Below are positions 49,831 through 59,427 of a DNA stretch of 64,000 nt, piece after piece. Every line of letters starts with the position of its first letter. The stretch's first letter is position 1. This DNA is from Basidiobolus meristosporus CBS 931.73 (Eukaryota > Fungi > Basidiobolomycota): the NCBI GenBank assembly GCA_002104905.1, contig MCFE01000077.1, positions 117,544 to 181,543 on the forward strand, in the 5' to 3' direction. The notes under the pieces are model-generated. The model was not told the DNA's origin, did not search any database, and saw only the letters and a program-made list of their open reading frames with translations. A program made the position numbers and the translations under genes.

Positions 49831-51284
49831 CAGGGTTAGGGGGTTAGACTGATTCTCATACGATGTAGAATACCATTTGCCAGGTTGGGAGAAGCCGATT
49901 GCTATTTGTCGTGAGCAGAAAAAGATGTCATCGAAAACAGGGCAACCTCCGAATTAGCTCCTTTAAAGAAGTGAACAGATTCATAAATTGAACTCCAGCA
50001 TGGGCCATTCTATAGTTGCTAAAAATTACAGGTCGCTTGGTTGAAAGTTCCGGCTGAATCAAACGCAGTAAACACTTGAAAACTTGGATTGCTCAAAGAA
50101 CGCAAAAGGTTCTGTGGTTATCAGCAATTGTCCCTACCAACATAAACAGCATTTTACTGGTTACCTTAATGATATTTATCATGTTAGATCGAGTTACCCT
50201 ACAGGAACATAAACAGAATCAGTGAGGGAAGCTACCCGCTAGTGTCTTCTACAAGCCCTAATGTGGGAGAGCATGAAGTGATTCTCAGACAGCTATTTTC
50301 GGGGCTATGGATTGAGATCATTTGGCAGTGAACAACCAAATTCGGTAAAATAAAGCATGGTTGTTATTACCATATTTATCAGCGTAGTAAGATCAGGCGC
50401 ATACCAAATTTATTCCATAAGCGCTCGATCGTATTGCAATCAAGTCACATGCCTTGAAAATACAGCTCTTTGTATTGTATTGGCAAAATAGGCAGTTGAA
50501 GTTTGAGTTACTTTTTATGAGTGTTATTGACAGGTCATTGAGAGTGTAGAAGCTATTTTCCTCGTTGCAATTACTCCGGGAATATCGTGAGAATGTATTC
50601 TTTAAGCAGTTCCGGTGTGAAAGCCAAGTCCTACAACGCATATTACGAAGAACATGTATGCCGATAATCTAAAATCAGCATTCCCAAGTGAGGTTGTCCA
50701 GTGCGCGTTCTGTGGAGTCGGAAATAATCCACATAGAACGTTACCTTCCTGCAATTGAGCAAAATGTTTAGTGTTGTCCTACTAGAGAGCTCGAAGTTGG
50801 GATAAAGTCCATTTAGCCAGTGATGTATGGCCAGTTCGACTCAGGGAATGCCAGAGTCATCCGGATGGCCTTTTTTGGAACATGGCTTCACCAAAAAATG
50901 CACCAATTCAGTACTATTGTATGCTTGTCTTACCTTTACCTCTGCCGCTACAGTTCCCAAAAGCGTATGATGCATGCCCCAATCACAGCAGTGCCACAAG
51001 CAAGGATTTCTCAGTGACACGCTCATTTATCAATCAATCTGGTAAGGCATATGAAATTCCAAAGAGTACTGGTTAAGAAGACAGTGCGATTGGTGCTTCA
51101 TAATTATAATTAGGCAACAAAAGCATGTGGAGACAGTTCTCTGTCCTACAATATGCTCCCTCCACCCGGGTTCTAAGCACGCCGACCAATAATAAGACAT
51201 CAAGGCATCTATACGCTTTCCTAACTTTCTCAGATAAAAGGTTTTATTCCTATAAATCATAGATCGGGAGTATGTCTGTTGCCA

Positions 51285-52201
51285 TTATTTCAAAGGATAC
51301 TTGATACTGGTGCTGCAAGAGTGACTACCTTTGAAGCTGTCTGGTACATAAGTATCCTTACCTTTGACATGGAAATAAGCCCAAATTTCGTTGAGTACTC
51401 CAGATTTACACTTGAAATAGGGAGTAATTCCGAGGCCATTCTTGATAGCATTAGCCATATTCGCTTGAGTGTAGGTCCCCCCGGGGACAATCCCTGCGGT
51501 AGCAAGGGCATCATACAGGTTGTATTTGGCACGCAGGTTTAGAACAGTTTGGAAGTAATCCAGCATATCTTCGTATTTTTGGTAATTGGTGCCGTAGCAG
51601 TCTGGATCAAGTGTTGAGACGCAAGTTCCATGTTTACCCCATTCATGCTCCCTATCAAGTAAATGTGTTAGCATCCATTGTCCCTCAGCAGGAAAGTAAA
51701 ATGCACATGTCTGCTTACCAAAAGACGCCATTATCTCCATTGTAGGAGGGCCAGTAAACATTCATTAGATCATAGAGGCTGCTATTGGCGCCTTGTACAA
51801 TCTGTCCAACGTTGGTATACGCTCTCGAAGGATCACAGCCATCAGAGGGTCCTTGCGCACCAGAGCTATCATACCACACAGATAAGTATTAGGGCTTCAA
51901 TGCGCAGCTTTAGTGCTTACCAAGTATCTGGCCATAGTCCGTGAAGAGTAAAAGCGTCTTTGGGCCCGTAACCTGGGATCCACTAAAGATTACAGAAATG
52001 GTTAGTGACCTGATTACCGGGTTTTCCGTCGGATTCAATAGATACCTGTTGTGTAAGGACAATTATTCCGTAAGATGGAACGCAACATGAATCAGCATTC
52101 GAGACGGCACAAGAGACTCCATCAATAGGACAGGATTTTTGAGCAAGCACAGTGGCTAAAGATACAAAAGTGCTAAATGTCAAAACGCTAAAGAGCCTCA
52201 T
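51285..52201 (-). CDS. Secreted ribonuclease T2, multi-exon
   Basis: Signal peptide; SCCVPSYGIIVLTQQ/WIPGYGPKDAFTLHGLWPD (CAS I) and EHEWGKHGTC (CAS II). Confidence 0.92.
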
Positions 52202-53087
52202 TTGCGGAAGTGGTTGATAGAAATGATATGCGATGCTTGGTCTTCTGAGCGGTATTTTATACGCTTGAGACCGTGTGGTTACCGGGCCTTGTCACTCGTA
52301 AACTACTATTAATATCCGAAAATGAAACCAGTATTGCGCTAAATACGACTGAATATTCACATCTAAGATACGGTAAAGCATATAGGTGCCCGTAGCAATT
52401 AACTATGAGCTCTCCTGCAAGAGATGCAATGAAGACAGCCTGTTATATTGATCCACTAGTAAGTACTCCTTTTTGACCGCGATTCGCCGGTGAACAACAG
52501 GCTTGTATCCGGCTCAGGAGCAAAGATGGAAATAATCTACACTGATGAGAATATTCTCTCAAATGTTGAACCAAATCACGAGCGAAGTATGGCTCATGAG
52601 ACAAGGCCTTGAGCTTACCATTCTATCATGCTTCACTTGTATTAGGCTAACCCAACTCTTCAATTAGGTGATGGACGGTAGAGAGCTATTCTTAGGTAGA
52701 ATGATTGTATTGATGAATTGTAATTATTGTGTAACGTATTAAAATGAATACTTGATAATTAATTGACCAAGCATCGATTGTCCAAAGCTCCGGATTGGGC
52801 CTTACTGTTTATTAATAGAAAGGCCGTATTTTTCACAAAAGTACTGAACCACGTGGGATGGGGTTGGGAAGTTTCAAGTCCGGGGACATAGTAGGTTCGA
52901 AATGATCCCACGCTTCTGCAAGACCTGGTACAGAATATTGTAGCCGGATTTATACAGGCCTAGCAACACAAATGATCTGAGCATACATAAAGTAGCTAGT
53001 TTGCTTGACTTACCATCACATTTCTACTAAGATATTGTAATAATGGTTTGAACAATATAATACAAATCAACTAAGGCTAATTTCTCA

Positions 53088-53600
53088 GGGGAGAGGATGT
53101 AAAGTTGCCAGTATGCTGAAGTCTTTATCTTTGCCAAGTAGTCACAGACAAGGGGCTTTGAGGGGATCACCAATTTCAGGTGATATTTGTCTATTCAATG
53201 ATTATTACAGCAAAAGCCTGGAAGCATGCTGTGAAGGAAAGGGGTATGAATTCTTAGGCAACTCTGCCCAGGTGCAAGAAGATCACCAAGGGCCACACTG
53301 TTGAGTTTCTCTGCATTCAGCAACATTGAAGCTAGCTTGCTAACTGGAGAAGAGTTGGCAAGTATATGCCTGCAGGAAGACTTGTAGGAGTGTTGCAAAA
53401 GCATTATGCACCCAGAGGGTTGCTGGACTGCTGGGACTTCATCAAGAAGGAAGCCCTAAGAAGAGCTGGGTATACTTAACATGCCAAGTGCACCAAAAAT
53501 CCCATTAAGTGCATGTAGATTATGGGATTCATGCAGGTCAGTGACTAGAGCCCTAATACAATGACTGAAAACCTGTCTAGTCATTGAAAGCCATGGTTCA
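53088..53600 (-). mobile_element. LINE 3' fragment E (most decayed)
   Basis: SYKSSCRHILANSSPVSKLASMLLNAEK aligns with the ORF2 C-terminus of copies A, C and D; degenerate terminal motif GGGGAGAGG...GTCTTTATC at about 53088-53130. Confidence 0.55.
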
Positions 53601-53669
53601 AGAGGGTTAGGATTGGAAAAGTCACCAAAAGGGGAAACCTATATGAACTGATGAAAGTTAGGGGGGGGG

Positions 53670-54420
53670 AAACCACCAGTTGGTGTAATCTTTATTGTGA
53701 ATCATTGTGAAAATAAAGAAGTCAGGGATTGATTCTGGAGTCTTGTAACATATTTGTACAGACACTTTGGGTTAATATGTAGATAAGTTGCTATTTCTTG
53801 TAGTTCCTTTGCACTGAATAGAGTGTTGAGAGGGAGTGGCAGTAGCACTAGCAATAATAACTTATGATCTATGTATTGTGATATGCTTTTGCCAATTGGT
53901 GATATAAAGCAAAGAAATGGGGTTTGCTGAGTTACACACTCTTGCCATAGTTGATTAAGATACTTGCTATACGCTTCTTTGGGGTTTTTACTCCCCTCTA
54001 TTGCTTTGACAAATTGCTGGACTTTTGGGCACCCAATGATAGTTGCCCAACAGGAGTTATTTTCAAGCATCTTGTGTGAGATCCATGCTTGTATCAACTC
54101 ATTTGTTGATTTTTGGAGTTAAATATGTAGTCTTGTACAGAGGTACAAAATCCTAATTGAATACAGAAGTAGTCCAAAAGTTGCCAAGACTGTGTGGTGA
54201 TACTCTGATGGTGGGAGCCATGGTAATAAAGTATAAATGCTGTGGGAAACAAACTTGTCCAGTTTTGTCAGGTATCTTGTTGGAATAGGCATTATTGCCA
54301 ATCCAAACTGCAGTACTGGGAGCACAAACTACTTGAGTAACAAGTGACATTAGCTCAAAGGTATATCTGGTAGTGTAAAAGAGACTAACTTGCGTAAAGC
54401 ATGCCATACAAGTGCCATTC
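53670..54420 (-). mobile_element. LINE 3' fragment D (diverged subfamily)
   Basis: MLPVLQFGL...KLDKFV, NSCWATIIGCPKVQQFV, TPFLCFISP; 3' end abuts TTAG9 at 53658-53669. Confidence 0.75.
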
Positions 54421-54437
54421 TTAGGGTTAGGGGAGGG

Positions 54438-54915
54438 AAAGTCACCAAGTTGGCAAAATCTTTATTTGAGTCAAGAACTAATCTAGGTACAAATAAAGAA
54501 GCCAATTAAGAGGTCTAGAACCCCTCTAATAAGTATTCTAATTTATGTTTTGTTTCATCTCTAATGTTTGTTTCAATAAAGTAAAGCTCATCAGCAGTAA
54601 ATATAAAATTCAGGGGTTTTGGGGGAAGTACAAATTTTAGATGTTTCTGATCAATATAATCCAAGACTGGAGCCCAGCCTGGGATTAGGTGTAGTAGGAA
54701 AGGTGTGTGGACTTGTAAGTAGCTCTGCCACATAGATCTTAGATGGTCCTGTGCCAGTAGTCTTGGTTTCTCAGCTTTTTGAAGCTTTGAAGCAAGCTCT
54801 GTTACTACAGCAGAGCCAACTAGGGTGTGCCAGCAAGAAGATTTCAGGGAGGAGTTAGATTTAAGCCATTGTTTGATGGAGGGGTTATGGGATTTCTGAA
54901 ATTTCACTAGGAAGG
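54438..54915 (-). mobile_element. LINE 3' fragment C (diverged subfamily)
   Basis: SSCWHTLVGSAVVTELA, WQSYLQVHTPFLLHL, PLNFIFTADEL; 3' end abuts TTAGGGTTAGGGGAGGG at 54421-54437. Confidence 0.75.
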
Positions 54916-54988
54916 AAGCACGGGTAGGGGGGGGAGACAGTCACCAACAGGTGAAATCTTTATTTCAGTTGAAACAAAGAAGCCAGCA

Positions 54989-57757
54989 CTACTGTTGTAG
55001 CTTTGATACAAGAGTGTGTAGCTGAGGGGAATTTGTAGGTAAGTTAATAAGAAGTGATGATAGTTCTTCAGTGCTCAAGACACTGTTCAGTGGGAAGGGG
55101 GGTAGCAAGAGAGGTAAGAATGACTTGTGAACAACATTAATGAGGGGAATGTGATAAGGATTGATATTCATCATAAAGGGTGTGTGCTGCTGCAGATATT
55201 GCTGCCAAAGGTCTGTCAAGTACTTCAGGTAGGCCAGCTTGGGTTTTTCTGACTGCAGAATATATTGAGCAAACTTCTTGACTTCAGGATCTCCAAGTAT
55301 AGTTCTCCAGCAGGAGCCAGGTGTAGTGTGGTGTGTTCTCTTCCAAGCCTTAATCAGTGGGTTGTTGCAGTTGTGAAGTCTGAGGTATAGTCTGGTCCTA
55401 AGGTAGAGAAGTCTGATCTTATAGGGCATGAACCCAAAAGCACCAAGAATAGCATGTTTGTAGGGGCATTCAGGCAGATGAGGCACCAAGGAGGTAATGC
55501 ACCATACTGCAAACTTGTCAAGCTTAGTGCAGTCTCTAGAAGTAAGAGAGAGAAGTGGTAAGCCAAATTCCAGGACAGGGAAGACAAACTGCTTGAGTAG
55601 AAGGAGGCAGCTGGGAGCTGAAGTTGTAGGAGGAGTAACAGCCAGTAGCTTGTTGAGTGCCTGTCTTGCCAGGATAATTCTCTTCTTCAGGTGTGCTCCA
55701 GAGTCTAGTCCAGTAGGAAGGAAAGGAAAGCCAAGATATGTAGCAGAAACCTGAGCAGGTATAGTGGAGTTCTCCAAGTTGATGGGAGAGCCCAAAGGTA
55801 CTGTCTTTGCAATGGAAAGCTGGAGATTATTCTTCTGCAGATACTGGTGGATGGTCTGGGAGTCTTGTTGCACATTGGAGGAGGATATTCTGATGTCATC
55901 AGCAAAGAGAGTAACCAGGCAGTCAGCTGAGAGTCTTGGGAAATCATTCAGGAAGATGGCAAACAGTATAGGACCAAGCACAGAGCCTTGAACCACTCCA
56001 TTAGGAACTGAGAACACAGCTGATTGCTCACTTGGGTGCAGAATTCTTGCTTGTGGATCCAGAAACAGAGACCTGACAAGGAGGGTGAGAGAGGTACTGG
56101 AGAAGCATTGCAACTTGGACCAAAGCAGATTTCTGTCAACTGAATCAAAGGCCTTAGTAATATCAAACAGAACAGAGGGATACTTGCTCTGGAGAGAGTG
56201 ATCTTGGCTAAGTATGACTGCATATTCCAAGGAGTGGCCAGGAACAAAGCCAAACTGTGCAGGATGAAACTTGAGGGAGTCAGAGTAGAGCTCCTGAGCA
56301 AGCAGAAGCTCAAACACCTTTCTGCAGGTGGGCAGCAGAGATATTGGCCTGTAGGAGCTAGGATCCAGGTGCTTTCCTTTACCCTTGTACAGTGGCAGAA
56401 CATTTGCAAAGGACCATTCCTCAGGAGTAGAAAGCTGGGCTGAGCATTGCTGAAACAGTGGAAGCAGAAGTGCAGACATGGCCTTGGTACTAGTCTTCAG
56501 AAGCTCATAGGAGATTGTGTCCACACCTGGGGCAGTAGAGTTGGGAAGCCTCTTGAGCACATTATGGATTCTCCCTTGATCAAGTGCAAGTGGGATGGGC
56601 AGAGTCTTGAAGTCAGGATGAAAGCCAGGAGTTGAGTACTGCTTTGTAGAGAAGAAGATGTTAGCCAGCTGTTCTGTTGAAGGTAACTTCCTGGAAGAGG
56701 GCCTCATTGCCCTGTAGAGTCTTGATACTGTTATTGTTATAAAGTTGGAAGATTGCAGAGGCAAGGAACTCATAATATGATCCCAGAGCTGAGTATGCAG
56801 AGTGTGGTGAATTGCCTTGGAGTGGTGTATTGCTGTCAGGAGGAGTTTCTCTGTTTTTGGGTTAGGGAAACTCAGGTAGCTTTGTTGCAGGGCTGAAACA
56901 ATGGATTCCCATTTTCTTGAGGTAACAGCAGTAGTCTTGCATGGCAGTGAGAGGGAGGCAGACACCAGAATCAGATGCTTCACAAAGAGCCAGGCATAGT
57001 TGAGATCATCTGGCAGAGAAAGTAGCACACTGGCAAGCTTCAAGTAGTTCCCAAAGTCTTTCTTCTGATTCTTGGTAGCTTTGTGGGTGAGCACAGTAAG
57101 TTTTGGCAGCTTCTTCTTCACAACTGGTTGCATAGAAAGGGACCAGGCTGGGTGGTCAGAGGCTCTCAAGGATCCTAGCTCAGCTCCAGAGAATTGCTTA
57201 ACTTCATTCACAAAGTAGAGGGCAGCAGCAGAAGGGCAGATCCAGTCAACACATCTTTTCTCAGATTGAGCACCTAGTGCTAGCAGATGGCTTTCTCTCA
57301 GGAAGTTCAGTAGGAATGTAGACCTTGGCTTCATTCTTGCAGTCAGAGTAGTCTTGTTCTCAGGATGGGGAATGTTGAGATTTCCAAGCAAGATAATAGG
57401 TGTTGATATAGATTGCTGGTATTGCTGAACTTTCTGGCATATAACTTGCACTTCCTGAAGGGCAAGACTTGGAGGCAGATAGCAGAGCACCAGACTGATA
57501 GTTGGCAACTGGAGAGCAGCACAGTAAGGGGAGTAAAGAGGAACACAGAGCTGAGGAGTATTGATGGTAGAAGAGATGAAGCAGATAGTGGAGGTATTCT
57601 TTGTTCTAGGAGTAGAAAAGCAATATAGATTAGTCAAAAGTATAGAGGGTAGCTGGACATCAATCAAACACAGGAGGGAAAATCTTGAAAGAAGTCTCTC
57701 TAGAGTTGGTCTTGATGGCTGTATGCTGTTGCAGTTAAGCAACAGAACCTCAGGTAG
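54989..57757 (-). CDS. LINE ORF2: degenerate APE endonuclease plus reverse transcriptase; no initiating ATG
   Basis: LLNCNSI, CYLPP, ILLGNLN, VDWI, SDH; RT motifs PGVD, YRPISLL, QFGF, DITKAFDSV, GVVQGSVLGP, LFADD, YLG. Confidence 0.9.
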   Translation of the reverse strand, partial: LPEVLLLNCNSIQPSRPTLERLLSRFSLLCLIDVQLPSILLTNLYCFSTPRTKNTSTICFISSTINTPQLCVPLYSPYCAALQLPTISLVLCYLPPSLALQEVQVICQKVQQYQQSISTPIILLGNLNIPHPENKTTLTARMKPRSTFLLNFLRESHLLALGAQSEKRCVDWICPSAAALYFVNEVKQFSGAELGSLRASDHPAWSLSMQPVVKKKLPKLTVLTHKATKNQKKDFGNYLKLASVLLSLPDDLNYAWLFVKHLILVSASLSLPCKTTAVTSRKWESIVSALQQSYLSFPNPKTEKLLLTAIHHSKAIHHTLHTQLWDHIMSSLPLQSSNFITITVSRLYRAMRPSSRKLPSTEQLANIFFSTKQYSTPGFHPDFKTLPIPLALDQGRIHNVLKRLPNSTAPGVDTISYELLKTSTKAMSALLLPLFQQCSAQLSTPEEWSFANVLPLYKGKGKHLDPSSYRPISLLPTCRKVFELLLAQELYSDSLKFHPAQFGFVPGHSLEYAVILSQDHSLQSKYPSVLFDITKAFDSVDRNLLWSKLQCFSSTSLTLLVRSLFLDPQARILHPSEQSAVFSVPNGVVQGSVLGPILFAIFLNDFPRLSADCLVTLFADDIRISSSNVQQDSQTIHQYLQKNNLQLSIAKTVPLGSPINLENSTIPAQVSATYLGFPFLPTGLDSGAHLKKRIILARQALNKLLAVTPPTTSAPSCLLLLKQFVFPVLEFGLPLLSLTSRDCTKLDKFAVWCITSLVPHLPECPYKHAILGAFGFMPYKIRLLYLRTRLYLRLHNCNNPLIKAWKRTHHTTPGSCWRTILGDPEVKKFAQYILQSEKPKLAYLKYLTDLWQQYLQQHTPFMMNINPYHIPLINVVHKSFLPLLLPPFPLNSVLSTEELSSLLINLPTNSPQLHTLVSKLQQ

Positions 57758-58861
57758 TCAGGCAGAGGTTGTAGCTTCTTCAGAGGCAGCATTGACAATG
57801 TGACCTGCAGAGTCCCAGAGCTCTTCAAATGGTGCATCACTTAAGTCAGCAAGGAGGGAAATGGTATGGTTCTTGAGGAAGTATGCCACATCATAGGAGG
57901 GGGCTTGTCTCTTGATGGCAGCAAAGAAAGACAGAATGGCAACAAGGGCTGGTGGCTTGTTGAACAGTAGAGAGTCAGAGGATTCAGATTCTTCAGGCAC
58001 TATCTTGAAGTCAGTTTTCAGCCAGTTAAGGTTCTTCTCCACAAAGGCAACAAATGGGTCAGTAATGTTTTGGTCTAGGATAACCTCCAGAATCTTCCCT
58101 TTTCTCCAGGCCAGGTTGACAATTCTTGAGAGCTGAATATTGCATGCCTTGAGTGCTTTCCTGATGTTGGAAATGGGAGTCCAGGGAACTTGCTTCAAGT
58201 ACACCACAGTCCAGGTAGAAGCTGGTGGTAGGTTTGCTGGGGGCTTGTAAGTCCTTCTGTGTGGCAATGGAGCTGCAGTAGTCAGATTGGAGTCCACATT
58301 CTCAGTAGAGGGTTTTCTTGATGTGTCTTGCTGAATGGTACTGGAGCTGGATGTGCTGATAATTCTGGCTAGAACCTTGCCTGCATAAGTCTGAGGTATA
58401 GTTGAGGTAACTGTAGAGGTGGTGGCAGCTGGTGCAGGTGGAGAGGCAGAAACTGAAACAGGAACTGAGGTCACCTGGGAGAAGGCAGTAGAAGCAGGTT
58501 TTCTGGGAGGAACAGAGTTCACTATCCAGTTGTTCTGTAAAACACTGGAGTAGCTTTTCTGTGGAACAGGATCTTGCTCTTGAACAGGAACAGAAGCAGG
58601 AGGCTGGGGCTGAGCAGTAGTGGTAAGGCAGTGGCACTCCAAGGAAGCTTTTTGCAAGGCATCTCTGGCAGTTTTCAGGGCATTATTGTCTTCATTCTTG
58701 AGCTTCTTGCATTGCGCATCCAGTCTCTTGTTTTCAATAGCCAGGGCAGTATTGGCAGCCTCTAAATCAGCAATTCTCCTCTCAATTGCAAGGAATCTCT
58801 GAATAAGTGCATCAGTAGAAGTGCTGGCATCTGGGAGAGCAGTGGCAGGAATAGAGTCCAT
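57758..58861 (-). CDS. LINE ORF1: coiled coil plus RRM-like domain
   Basis: ATG 58861; heptad region IERRIADLEAANTALAIENKRL; WTVVYLKQVP...IRKALKACNIQLSRIVNLAW...ILEVIL. Confidence 0.75.
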   Translation of the reverse strand: MDSIPATALPDASTSTDALIQRFLAIERRIADLEAANTALAIENKRLDAQCKKLKNEDNNALKTARDALQKASLECHCLTTTAQPQPPASVPVQEQDPVPQKSYSSVLQNNWIVNSVPPRKPASTAFSQVTSVPVSVSASPPAPAATTSTVTSTIPQTYAGKVLARIISTSSSSTIQQDTSRKPSTENVDSNLTTAAPLPHRRTYKPPANLPPASTWTVVYLKQVPWTPISNIRKALKACNIQLSRIVNLAWRKGKILEVILDQNITDPFVAFVEKNLNWLKTDFKIVPEESESSDSLLFNKPPALVAILSFFAAIKRQAPSYDVAYFLKNHTISLLADLSDAPFEELWDSAGHIVNAASEEATTSA

Positions 58862-58892
58862 TGACAGTGGGCTTCTTGGGTTAGGGGGGGGG

Positions 58893-59427
58893 ACAGTCAC
58901 CAACAGGTGAAATCTTTATTTCAGTTGAAACAAAGAAGCCAGCGCTACTGTTGTAGCTTTGATACAAGAGTGTGTAGCTGAGGGGAATTTGTAGGTAAGT
59001 TAATAAGAAGTGATGATAGTTCTTCAGTGCTCAAGACACTGTTCAGTGGGAAGGGGGGTAGCAAGAGAGGTAAGAATGACTTGTGAACAACATTAATGAG
59101 GGGAATGTGATAAGGATTGATATTCATCATAAAGGGTGTGTGCTGCTGCAGATATTGCTGCCAAAGGTCTGTCAAGTACTTCAGGTAGGCCAGCTTGGGT
59201 TTTTCTGACTGCAGAATATATTGAGCAAACTTCTTGACTTCAGGATCTCCAAGTATAGTTCTCCAGCAGGAGCCAGGTGTTGTGTGGTGTGTTCTCTTCC
59301 AGGCCTTAATCAGTGGGTTGTTGCAGTGGTGAAGTCTGAGATATAATCTGGTTCTAAGGTAGAGAAGTCTGATCTTATAGGGCATAAACCCAAAAGCACC
59401 AAGAATAGCATGTCTGTAGGGGCATTC
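58893..59427 (-). mobile_element. LINE 3' fragment B, near-identical to the 3' end of copy A
   Basis: Aligns with about 54935-55471 with few substitutions; similarity ends at GGGGCATTC 59427. Confidence 0.9.

Larger units (their letters stand above)
54935..58877 (-). mobile_element. Full-length non-LTR (APE-LINE) retrotransposon A, telomere-stub bounded
   Basis: ORF1 plus ORF2 (APE-like, RT); 3' end at GGGTAG8 (54922-54934), 5' end at GGGTTAG9 (58878-58892); no poly(A) and no TSD seen. Confidence 0.92.

Noticed and set aside
50393-51260. Short ORFs between the BBE pseudogene and RNase T2
   Set aside because: No recognisable domain; possibly decayed gene debris.
52852-52912. 8-bp inverted repeat enclosing a B-box-like GGTTCGAA
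   Set aside because: No cloverleaf or A box; compatible with chance.
56859-56867. Internal GGGTTAGGG in LINE ORF2
   Set aside because: It lies within open coding sequence (FPNP) with no junction, so it is probably coincidental.
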